Source: Candidatus Thorarchaeota archaeon (GTDB taxonomy: Archaea; Asgardarchaeota; Thorarchaeia; Thorarchaeales; Thorarchaeaceae). Taken from it: a stretch of 24,024 nucleotides of DNA. The notes beneath the pieces are model-generated. The model searched no databases and was not told where the DNA came from. It saw nothing but the letters and a program-made list of their open reading frames with translations. The stretch lies in contig JBHIAE010000042.1 in assembly GCA_046758445.1 (NCBI GenBank), positions 1 to 24,024 on the forward strand. The letters are read 5' to 3'. Shown here piece by piece: positions 8,741 to 17,109 of this stretch (its first letter is position 1; the number at the start of each line of letters is the position of its first letter). The position numbers and the translations under genes are program-made.

Positions 8741-9330
8741 TGGATCATCTTCTCAAGAAAGCACGGGCTCTCTACAAGGACAGAGAGAGAATTGCACTTT
8801 CCTCCATCCTCGTCGTGATTACCGTTGCATTCTTTCTGTTCTACTCTTTGGCCATAGTTGTTCTTCCTTCTCCTCCAGAGTGGTTCCCAATCGGAATTGT
8901 TGCAGGCATGGAAGTTGTCGCTTCCTTCAATACCTTAGGATTCCTACTGACTGTTGCCTTGATGATTCTTGCATATGGATTCTGGTCCTGGGCTTTCCTT
9001 CCGAGTCCTGCGGTAACATACACCGTGGGAGTTCTGAGGGGCATCCTTGGGCCCAATGTGGTCATAAGGCAGTCAATTGGCAAACGGTTCCGGATCTTTC
9101 TGGAAGACGGGACCTACATTAATCTCAACTGCAAGATTAAGGATAGCGAAACCGGTGAGTGGTTCACTTATCAATTGGTGACATCACCAATATCGGGAAG
9201 TAACCTCGAGGAGATCGCTCTGAGACATGGGATGAGTTTCATGGATGGACGTTTTACTACTCGGGTTTCAAATGACGAGCTTCACCATCGAATACTCCTT
9301 CTGGCCAGGGCGATATCCCTGGCACACTAG
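8740..9330 (+). CDS. Hypothetical membrane protein (2-3 N-terminal TM plus soluble C-terminal domain)
   Basis: ATG at 8740 overlaps the wHTH stop (TGATG) after a GGAGG RBS. Hydrophobic N-terminal half. Confidence 0.75.
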   Translation: MDHLLKKARALYKDRERIALSSILVVITVAFFLFYSLAIVVLPSPPEWFPIGIVAGMEVVASFNTLGFLLTVALMILAYGFWSWAFLPSPAVTYTVGVLRGILGPNVVIRQSIGKRFRIFLEDGTYINLNCKIKDSETGEWFTYQLVTSPISGSNLEEIALRHGMSFMDGRFTTRVSNDELHHRILLLARAISLAH

Positions 9331-9472
9331 AATCGCCTTGATCTTGGTTTGCCATCGTCCGAAACTGCCGCCCACCGAGATGTGCCACATATCTATTTCT
9401 ATGAACTGACCGATTTCTATCACAGGGAAGCGAATCATGGTAATCCGCATCAAGAGAACTGTTGACATAGCC

Positions 9473-9832
9473 ATGAGCAATTACGAAGGCATCATCGGAG
9501 CTTGCGTGTTCAGCTATGAAGGTCGAGTGGCCTACGCCAATGAAAACATGCAATTAGAAGTGCAGGATTTGAGAACCATTCTCGGAGCATGGAATGGTGA
9601 AGTACAGAGTTTCACTGTCAAGCACATATCCTTCCTCACTGCAATGGCCGAAAAGAACGGCTTTGTCGCCATTAATCCGGACGGTGCTGTCAGTCTGATT
9701 GTGGGGACAGGAAAGGGCGTTTGGTTTGTGTCATGCTTCGCACCAATGGACCAAGACAAGAATGGTATCATGCGAGAGTGTGTCCAGGCAGCAAAGTTGC
9801 TCGAAACGTCAGTTTCTGTTTTCGATGTGTGA
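9473..9832 (+). CDS. Profilin-like protein (divergent Asgard-type)
   Basis: 119 aa from ATG 9473. The pattern IIGACVFSYEGRVAYANEN..DLRTILGAW..SFTV..FVAINPDG..LIVG..C-terminal helix follows the profilin layout. Recognised by eye only. Confidence 0.55.
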   Translation: MSNYEGIIGACVFSYEGRVAYANENMQLEVQDLRTILGAWNGEVQSFTVKHISFLTAMAEKNGFVAINPDGAVSLIVGTGKGVWFVSCFAPMDQDKNGIMRECVQAAKLLETSVSVFDV

Positions 9833-9836
9833 GTCC

Positions 9837-10286
9837 CTATTTCGAATTAGCAATCACTGACGGCTGCTCAGCGACCGTCCAGCCAACCAATGAGAGTATT
9901 GCTCCAATCCAGCCTAGCGAATGTGCAAGCTGCATTGCGAGAGGCATCACGAAGGTTGCTGCCATCACAAGTTGAACAAGACCCATAATCAGTCCTGCCA
10001 CGCCCACACCAATGCTGATGAAAACTAGACCCCGACCTAGCTTGAATCGCCTGGTCGTCAGGACCATTCCTCCGACTATTATAGCGATTCCCGCAAAGAA
10101 GGTCAAGGCACTCAGTACATCCATTATTGTGTCGAACGTCAGCTCAATACCGGGACCAAAGAGATTGCCTAGATGCTCACCTATGACGGCTAGTGTACCG
10201 ATGGCTCCGCTGGCACCTGATGCAATCATCAAAGTGCCCCCGACGAAGCATAGAACAAGGGGGTTTCGATTGTGGATGGTCTTCAA
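9837..10286 (-). CDS. Hypothetical four-TM membrane protein
   Basis: Four Gly-rich hydrophobic segments. Likely TTG start at 10286 after GAGGCGTGAT, although the ORF is open to 10340. Confidence 0.75.
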   Translation of the reverse strand: MKTIHNRNPLVLCFVGGTLMIASGASGAIGTLAVIGEHLGNLFGPGIELTFDTIMDVLSALTFFAGIAIIVGGMVLTTRRFKLGRGLVFISIGVGVAGLIMGLVQLVMAATFVMPLAMQLAHSLGWIGAILSLVGWTVAEQPSVIANSK

Positions 10287-10376
10287 GGTGACATCACGCC
10301 TCAGGAGTGTCGATTTAAAGGTAACTCTGACAGTAACCACGACTCAAATGACGGACCCACTAGAGGCCCGTTGGCG

Positions 10377-11333
10377 TCAAGCCCTGGCTTCCTTCTCGTA
10401 TGGTACTGCAATTCCCTTCGGAGGAATCGACTTCCGGATTCCAGCCAAGGCGATTATCACAAACACATAGGGAATCATCTGTATGAAATTGTTAAATGGC
10501 TGGAGCCACTCGAATCCTGGAGCGAGTACAAGTGCAAACTGCAGGCCGTTGAGGAAACCGAAGAACACCCCAGCCAGGAGGCATCCAATTGGAGTCCAAT
10601 TTCCGAATATGAGTGCGGCCAGGGCAATGAAGCCTCTTCCTGATGTCATGAGCTTGCCGAAACCCGTGCCGAACCCAATCGATAGGTAAGCACCACCCAG
10701 TCCTGCGAAACAGCCGCTTAAGACAACTCCAATGGCACGGACCCATTCGACGTTCACTCCTGCAGTGTCAAGAGTGCTAGGATCCTCCCCGGCTGCTCTC
10801 AGTCTCAGACCAAAAGGCGTCTTGTACATGACGTACCAGCAGAGTGCAGAAACTATGAACATCCAGTAGACAATGGGGGAGAGAGACCCAAATGCTATCC
10901 CAATGATGGGGATATCTTGAATCGGCTCGATGACGACTTTCGGGAGCTGTGTGACGGACTCTGAGTACCCTTGACGTCCCCAAACGACATCGAGCATCAG
11001 AGTTGTGAAGCCGCCACCAAAAAGGATCACTCCAGTGCCGCTCACAATATGATCCCCCTTGAACTTCACACACACGATTGCATGTGCAGCTGCCAATGCT
11101 CCTCCAAGTGCCACGGCCACTAGTATTCCCATCCATGGGTTGTCTGTGAAGTATGTTGCAGCGACTGCTCCAAAGGCACCCATGAGCATCATCCCCTCAA
11201 GACCAATGTTGACGACACCAGATCTCTCGGAGAACATCCCTCCAAGTGCCGTCAACACAAGTGGAGTAGACATTTGCAGAGTTGCTCTAATCAACCAACC
11301 AATAAGAGCAAGGGTCGGGTCAACAGCCTGCAT
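10377..11333 (-). CDS. Nucleoside/sugar ABC transporter permease (NupC-like)
   Basis: TPLVLTALGGMFSERSGVVNIGLEG, TPFGLRLRAAGE, GRGFIALAALIFG and C-terminal PPKGIAVPY motifs. Confidence 0.93.
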   Translation of the reverse strand: MQAVDPTLALIGWLIRATLQMSTPLVLTALGGMFSERSGVVNIGLEGMMLMGAFGAVAATYFTDNPWMGILVAVALGGALAAAHAIVCVKFKGDHIVSGTGVILFGGGFTTLMLDVVWGRQGYSESVTQLPKVVIEPIQDIPIIGIAFGSLSPIVYWMFIVSALCWYVMYKTPFGLRLRAAGEDPSTLDTAGVNVEWVRAIGVVLSGCFAGLGGAYLSIGFGTGFGKLMTSGRGFIALAALIFGNWTPIGCLLAGVFFGFLNGLQFALVLAPGFEWLQPFNNFIQMIPYVFVIIALAGIRKSIPPKGIAVPYEKEARA

Positions 11334-12841
11334 CAGGGTTCACCCCCTGTTTCTATGGAAAGCGCACGGGCTGTGAATGTGCCATATAAGGATAGTACAG
11401 TTCCCAACACTCCTATGACCAGAGGCACCAAAGTGTACTGAAGCGCAAGCATAAAGCCGATTCCCCCCACGCTTAGCCAGACTATGTAAGTCATCAAAGA
11501 AACGATTGGCCCCCGCGCTCTTCTTGACAGTGTGAGAATGAAGGCGGCAAGACCAGCCATCGCAGCGAACAAGAGTAGAGTTGACTGAGCCATCCCTGTT
11601 TCAATGAATCCACCAAATGCATAGAAGATGCTGAGGATATTGAGTATGACGAGAGCAAATGCAGGGACGGCGACGACGGGTTTTTCCTTCATCCATTTTG
11701 CAAATTCGACATTGCGGTTTGCTAGCCAATCGACGATGCGAGGACCGGCTACGAAGAGTACTACAAGGCCCTGGATCACACCAACCATCTCCGCTGGAAC
11801 TCCAGCCCTTAGCTGCATAGTATTCCCTCCGGCCTTCAGGGCTCCGAAGAAGATGGCGGCAGCAAGGACTCCCCACGGGTTATTGTTGCCGAGGACAGCT
11901 ACTGTAATCCCGTCCCACCCAAGATTTCCTTCCCATCCATCAGTGAATCTCTCGTAGGTGCCCAAGATTTCATTGGCACCGCCAACACCGGCTAGACCTC
12001 CAGCTATTCCCATTGCGAGAGCCATGTTCTTCTTCGGGTTGATGCCAGAGTATTCAGCAGCCTTCTCGCTGAGGCCAACTGCACGCAACTCATAACCAAG
12101 AACCGTCCTATTGATGAGAATGTCAACGCCGACTACACAGAGAATGGCGATAATGAGACCAAAGTGCAAGTAGGGGCTCCCGAGGAGAGGTGGTAGAACA
12201 GCAGTGTCAAGAATACGTGGAGTCTGTGAAATCCAAGCATAGGGCCCTTGTTCCTTCAATGGATATGTGACCAGCCATTGTGTCAGGAGAGCGGCAGTGT
12301 AAGATAGCATCATGGATGTGACCACTTCGTGAGCGCCGCGATATGCTTTCAGCAAGCCTGGAATGAATCCCCAAGCTGCTCCAGCAAGTGCAGCAACAAT
12401 GACAGATGCTAGTGGATGCACGACTATTGGCATTGAAAACATGAAGCCCACTATGGCGGCCGCAATGCCACCCATCAACAATTGCCCCTGAGGTCCAATG
12501 TTGAAAAGGCCACATTTGAAAGCGATTGCCACAGAGAGACCTGTCAGGATAAGAGGGGTCGCGTAGCGCATGACAAGATCCATCTGAGTGATCGAGCCCC
12601 ACATCAAGAAATAGAAAGCCTGCAAAGGGTCGTGACCAGACAAGGCCATAACCACCGAGGCAACCAAAAGGGCCAACACTATTGACCCAAATGACCACAA
12701 CACTTGCTTCTGAAAGTCCCGACTAGCAACCCTGTTTCGGATCCCAATAAGGAAACCCAAGATACGACTCGTTTCAGATTGGACTTCGGTTGAGGTTTCC
12801 TGTAGCTGCCCAGACGAGGACTTGGATGGTTCAGTCATCAC
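11333..12841 (-). CDS. Nucleoside/sugar ABC transporter permease (NupB-like) with a C-terminal hydrophobic extension
   Basis: ATPLILTGLSVAIAFKCGLFNIG, GAHEVVTSMML, GYELRAVG and GWDGITVAVLG motifs. Confidence 0.92.
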   Translation of the reverse strand: MMTEPSKSSSGQLQETSTEVQSETSRILGFLIGIRNRVASRDFQKQVLWSFGSIVLALLVASVVMALSGHDPLQAFYFLMWGSITQMDLVMRYATPLILTGLSVAIAFKCGLFNIGPQGQLLMGGIAAAIVGFMFSMPIVVHPLASVIVAALAGAAWGFIPGLLKAYRGAHEVVTSMMLSYTAALLTQWLVTYPLKEQGPYAWISQTPRILDTAVLPPLLGSPYLHFGLIIAILCVVGVDILINRTVLGYELRAVGLSEKAAEYSGINPKKNMALAMGIAGGLAGVGGANEILGTYERFTDGWEGNLGWDGITVAVLGNNNPWGVLAAAIFFGALKAGGNTMQLRAGVPAEMVGVIQGLVVLFVAGPRIVDWLANRNVEFAKWMKEKPVVAVPAFALVILNILSIFYAFGGFIETGMAQSTLLLFAAMAGLAAFILTLSRRARGPIVSLMTYIVWLSVGGIGFMLALQYTLVPLVIGVLGTVLSLYGTFTARALSIETGGEP

Positions 12842-14460
12842 GTCGCCCCCTCAACCGCCGCTTTGCCGTCGTGTCCGGCCATCAGTAGACCAAGCTCTTG
12901 GGCGTCTGTTTGGTCCGGTTCTTTCATGGCAACAATCTGCCCGTCGAAGATCACCCCAATCCTATCTGCCATCATTTGTATCTCGTCAAGCTCAGCTGAA
13001 ACTAGAAGTATTGCGACGCCAGCGTCACGCATCTGGATTAGGACATTATGAATATACTCGGTTGCACCGACGTCGAGACCCCTTGTTGGCTGTGCAGCAA
13101 CAACAAGCTTGGGCTCTGCTGACAACTCTCGTGCTACTATCACCTTCTGCTGATTACCCCCGGACAGAGTGCGAGCGAAATTCCTGACAGAGGGTACCTT
13201 GATGGAGAAGTCCTTGACAAGCAATTCTGACGTAGACTCCATCCGGTCCAGGTCCAGCATCTGATCAGCCGGTCCACCTGAGAAGGGCGGTCTGTAATGA
13301 CGCCCTAGTACTAGATTCTCTCCCACAGTGAACCCCAATATGAGTCCTCGAGCATGACGATCTTCAGGAATATGGCTTACACCTGCGGCCCGGACGTAGC
13401 GCGGACTCTTCCCTGTGATGTCATGTCCTTCTACAAACACCTTTCCCTCTCGTGGTTTCCTGAGTCCAGTGATTACTTCCACAAGTTCGGTCTGGCCATT
13501 ACCTTCTACACCTGCTATCCCGAATATTTCCCCGGACCTCACCGACAGGGAAATGCCCCTAACTGCAGGCAAGCCCCGGTTGTCGTCAGCATGAATGTTC
13601 TCTACTCTCAAGACTTCTTCCCGTGGAACTGCCGGGGGCTTCCCCACTCGAAATACAATCGGGCGCCCTACCATCATCTTGGCGAGCTCCTCGGGAGAAG
13701 TATCCACCTTGTTGACTGTGCCAACGAGTACACCGTCTCGGAGGACGGTGATTCTGTCGCATAATGCCATTGGTTCTCTGAGCTTGTGTGTAATCAGAAT
13801 GATAGTCTTCCCTAGCTCTCCAAACCTCTCCAAAGTGACAAAGAGCTCATCCACTTCATGGGGAGTTAACACGGAGGTTGGCTCATCCAATATCAGTATC
13901 TCTGCTTCTCGATAGAGAGTCTTGATGATCTCAACTCGTTGTTGGAGTCCGACTGAGATATCCATTACTCTTGCCAAAGGATCTACGTAGAGGCTATTCT
14001 CTTTTGAAATCTGTTTGATTTTCTCGGCGGCCTTCTTGAGGTTCATCGGCATTGTGTTCTTCAGAAGGCCAGTGATTCTTGAGCCGCCAACCTTGAAGGA
14101 CCTAAGGACCGGTTCCAATCCCAGTACTACATTCTCTGTGACTGTTAGAGGCGGGATCAGTTTGAAATGCTGATGAACCATTCCCACGCCCCTCACAATG
14201 GCATCTTGCGGCGAGCGCAGAATCACCTTCTCTCCACGTATCTTGACTGTTCCCGAGGTAGGGCTGAGGAGACCATAGAGAATGTTCATCAGCGTACTCT
14301 TACCCGCACCATTCTCCCCAAGAAGACCATGAACCTCTCCCTCTTCAATTCTCAGTGTTATGTCCTTGTTGGCTTCAACGCCTCCGGGAAAAGTCTTGAA
14401 TATGTTCTCGAGCTCGACGGCGTAGATTGAAGATACCTCCTCCAAAAGGAAAGTGGCCAT
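12838..14460 (-). CDS. ABC transporter ATP-binding protein, duplicated NBD (NupA-like)
   Basis: GENGAGKST Walker A, VHQHF, ILDEPT, GVEGNGQ, LSGGNQQK and AQPTRGLDVGA. Confidence 0.96.
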   Translation of the reverse strand: MATFLLEEVSSIYAVELENIFKTFPGGVEANKDITLRIEEGEVHGLLGENGAGKSTLMNILYGLLSPTSGTVKIRGEKVILRSPQDAIVRGVGMVHQHFKLIPPLTVTENVVLGLEPVLRSFKVGGSRITGLLKNTMPMNLKKAAEKIKQISKENSLYVDPLARVMDISVGLQQRVEIIKTLYREAEILILDEPTSVLTPHEVDELFVTLERFGELGKTIILITHKLREPMALCDRITVLRDGVLVGTVNKVDTSPEELAKMMVGRPIVFRVGKPPAVPREEVLRVENIHADDNRGLPAVRGISLSVRSGEIFGIAGVEGNGQTELVEVITGLRKPREGKVFVEGHDITGKSPRYVRAAGVSHIPEDRHARGLILGFTVGENLVLGRHYRPPFSGGPADQMLDLDRMESTSELLVKDFSIKVPSVRNFARTLSGGNQQKVIVARELSAEPKLVVAAQPTRGLDVGATEYIHNVLIQMRDAGVAILLVSAELDEIQMMADRIGVIFDGQIVAMKEPDQTDAQELGLLMAGHDGKAAVEGAT

Positions 14461-14524
14461 CCTTTGAGTTCCTCAACTAGACAAGCTCTATTTAACAATA
14501 GAGGATACAACAGCCAGGAAATGG

Positions 14525-14560
14525 AAAAAGAAGGGGAGAGGGAGGCTTTCGCCTCTCCTC
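14525..14560 (-). terminator. Hairpin plus pyrimidine/U tract after the BMP gene (putative terminator or processing site)
   Basis: Minus strand reads GAGGAGAGGC-GAAA-GCCTCCCTC then TCCCCTTCTTTTT, starting 11 nt after the BMP stop. Confidence 0.6.
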
Positions 14561-14571
14561 GTTGATAGCAT

Positions 14572-15654
14572 TCACGGGAGCCAGTATTTGGTGTCGGGCA
14601 CTGTTACAGTGCCGCCGATAATCTCTGCCTTGAGATTATTAACTTCCGTAATGATCCATGCTGGCACATCGAGTAGGGTGGAGTTGAGTTCATAGTCAAT
14701 ACCACCATTAGCGAGGGTGAACAGGTTGAAGGTTGTGAAGGTATCGAGGAGGACATCCTCGATAATGTCGTGTACAGCGACATCAACCCTCTTCAGCATG
14801 GAAGTGAGGACAAGACCCGGCTCCAAGTACATCTGTGGGGAGTCAACACCAATACACCATATGGGACCGTAAGTTGCATTGTTTTCAGCCACGCTGTCAA
14901 ACACTCCAAGTCCCGAGCGGCCAGCAGCTGCAAATATGACATCGGTTCCCGTTGTGTACATACCGTCAGCCAATGACTTTCCCGCAGCGGTGTCGACCCA
15001 GTCATTCGTATATGCGAAGTTGAAATCGACTCCTGGTGTCAACATGGTACCGTTGACTTCGTACTGTGTCTTGTTGGCGCCCCAGATGAAACCGCCAAGG
15101 AACTTGTTGATCAACGGAATGTCCATCCCGCCAATGAAACCAAGTGGCTTGCTCTGGTTGTGATAAAGTGCTGCCATGGCACCGACAAGAGCGGAACCCT
15201 CATGCTCATTGAATAGCAGTGATGCCACATTCGGGTACTCAGTGTCGTTGACCCACATGTCCACAATTGCCCATTTCTGGTCGGGATAGTCATCGGCCAC
15301 TGTTTGAATAGCATCAGCTTGGTCAAACCCTATGCCAATGATGAGATTGTATGCGTCTGCGTACTCCGCATGTGCCGCGAATGCACGATGGAAGCCCTCG
15401 TATTCGGCGATTTCTGTCGGTTCGACATAAGTGAAGTTGATGTCGAACTCATTGCGAGCGTCGTCGGCGCCCTTAAAGCAGCCGTCGTTGAACGACTTGT
15501 CCCCGAGTCCACCCGTGGCGAACACGATTGCCACCTCGAACGGGTTGTCAGGCAGTGGAGGAGGTGGATTCAGAACTAACCATGCTCCAACAGCTCCAAC
15601 GCCAATGACAACAATAACGACTATGGCTATAATCGATCTGTTGCTTGAGCTCAT
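14572..15654 (-). CDS. BMP family ABC substrate-binding protein (purine nucleoside receptor-like), N-terminal TM anchor
   Basis: GGLGDKSFN, IIGIGF, FNEHEGSALVG, DVIFAAAG, IGVDS and TSMLKRVD motifs. ATG 15654 follows a GGAGTGA RBS. Confidence 0.93.
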   Translation of the reverse strand: MSSSNRSIIAIVVIVVIGVGAVGAWLVLNPPPPLPDNPFEVAIVFATGGLGDKSFNDGCFKGADDARNEFDINFTYVEPTEIAEYEGFHRAFAAHAEYADAYNLIIGIGFDQADAIQTVADDYPDQKWAIVDMWVNDTEYPNVASLLFNEHEGSALVGAMAALYHNQSKPLGFIGGMDIPLINKFLGGFIWGANKTQYEVNGTMLTPGVDFNFAYTNDWVDTAAGKSLADGMYTTGTDVIFAAAGRSGLGVFDSVAENNATYGPIWCIGVDSPQMYLEPGLVLTSMLKRVDVAVHDIIEDVLLDTFTTFNLFTLANGGIDYELNSTLLDVPAWIITEVNNLKAEIIGGTVTVPDTKYWLP

Positions 15655-15692
15655 TTTCTTCACTCCTGGCGATTTCAATCACCAAGATGGTC

Positions 15693-15710
15693 TAGAGTGT
15701 TAGCACTCTA
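15693..15710. promoter_or_regulatory. Near-perfect 18-bp palindrome upstream of the ABC operon (candidate operator)
   Basis: TAGAGTG-TTAG-CACTCTA, in the divergent region between the BMP gene and the hydrolase. Confidence 0.4.
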
Positions 15711-15845
15711 ACTAGACAGGTCTAATCACAGTACACACACTAAAAAAACTCTTCCATCAAGGGGACACGAATTCGATATGTGTGCCAGAAGTCGAATGGG
15801 AATCCTCCAAAATGTTCAAAGGCGGCAGAGAACACCCTAGCTGTC

Positions 15846-16589
15846 ATGAAGGTAAACTACGAGGAGCGTGGAGCGGGCAATCCTGGACCAGTTGTCCTGG
15901 TGCATGGAGCAGGGGGTTCGTCTGCTACATGGTTTATGCAGCTAGAAACTCTGTCAGAGCACCTGCATATTGTTGCACTTGACCTCAACGGCCACGGAAA
16001 GACTCCAGATCGCGAGGCGAAGGATGTCACTCGGTCGTATCTTGAGGACATTCAAAACATTGTTGGACAATTCGACCGTCCCGTTCTGGGCGGACACTCA
16101 ATGGGGGGAGCATTGACTCAACTCTATGCTCTAGAAAACCCAAATGACCTCAGCGGCATAGTCCTCGTAGGGACTGGGGCCCGCCTAAGAGTAACTCCGG
16201 TGATATTCGATCTTCTGGATAGCAACTTTGAGGGCTATGTTCATGCACTTGGTCAGTTCATGTTCCATGAGGATACTGCCCAAGACATAATCGATGCAGC
16301 AAGGGCAGAAGTACGGAAATGCAATGTTCGCGTGACCAAGAGGGACTTTCAGATCTGTAACAGTTTTGACATAATGGAACAAGTATCAGAAATCACTGTG
16401 CCCACCCTCGTCATAGTGGGTGAAGATGATCTCATGACACCCTCGAAATACTCCGATTACCTGAATGGCATGATTGCAGGCTCGCAAATCGAGATCATCA
16501 AAGAAGCCGGACACAGTGTCATGCTCGAACAACCAGAGAGATTCAACGAGGCAGTTGTCGATTGGTTCCATAATGCCCGATTGGGTTAG
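15846..16589 (+). CDS. Alpha/beta hydrolase
   Basis: LVHGAGG, DLNGHG, GHSMGG nucleophile elbow, GEDD acid and AGH catalytic His. Start at ATG 15846. Confidence 0.93.
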   Translation: MKVNYEERGAGNPGPVVLVHGAGGSSATWFMQLETLSEHLHIVALDLNGHGKTPDREAKDVTRSYLEDIQNIVGQFDRPVLGGHSMGGALTQLYALENPNDLSGIVLVGTGARLRVTPVIFDLLDSNFEGYVHALGQFMFHEDTAQDIIDAARAEVRKCNVRVTKRDFQICNSFDIMEQVSEITVPTLVIVGEDDLMTPSKYSDYLNGMIAGSQIEIIKEAGHSVMLEQPERFNEAVVDWFHNARLG

Positions 16590-16978
16590 ATCCATTTGCT
16601 CTCTCTGACAGCCTCGATCCAGTCCGTTCTGTCGAAGTACACCTCATTTCGTGAGATCTTCCTGAAGAGAATCTCTACTATGTCCATGCCTTCCTCTTCA
16701 ATCACCTTTGAGCCAACAGGTATCTCAGCCCGCCACTTGAGCGTGAATCCATTCTTGGTGGGATAGACCTCTACCGCTTCCCACTTCCATTCAGGGTTCC
16801 TCTCGAGCAGTCTTCGAAAGTATGGAAGGATCTCATCGTGTCCCTTGAGACCCTGAGGATTGGCCGGGTCCTTGTAGAATGCATCCTTCGCATAGAAGTC
16901 GATTAGCTTCTCTGGTTGATTGCCCGTCCACGCTGAGAGCCATTCTTTGCAGAACTCGAGAGCATCCTTTTCGTACAT
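16586..16978 (-). CDS. SnoaL-like / NTF2-fold protein
   Basis: WLSAW..LIDFYAKDAFYKDP..LKG..I..YF and GMDIVE..KISRNEVYFD. Start at ATG 16978. Confidence 0.85.
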   Translation of the reverse strand: MYEKDALEFCKEWLSAWTGNQPEKLIDFYAKDAFYKDPANPQGLKGHDEILPYFRRLLERNPEWKWEAVEVYPTKNGFTLKWRAEIPVGSKVIEEEGMDIVEILFRKISRNEVYFDRTDWIEAVRESKWI

Positions 16979-17109
16979 GGTTGAAGTAGGGCACACCGTT
17001 TCAGTTCACTCTTGCGGTCAATCTTCTCCGAATCTTGCCGGCAGAAACTTATGTCGGATTTGTTGCACGAAGTTTGTATCCAAGCATTCTGCTTGGGGGA
17101 TTGATAGAT

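Noticed and set aside
14425-14443. Possible ATC start for the ABC ATPase after GGAGGAGG
   Set aside because: In-frame ATG (14460) and TTG starts exist upstream with a suitably placed TATA-like box, so a non-canonical start is unnecessary.
15700-15726. CIRCE element (TTAGCACTC half-site)
   Set aside because: The right arm GAGTGCTAA is absent at the 9-nt spacing and there is no chaperone gene nearby.
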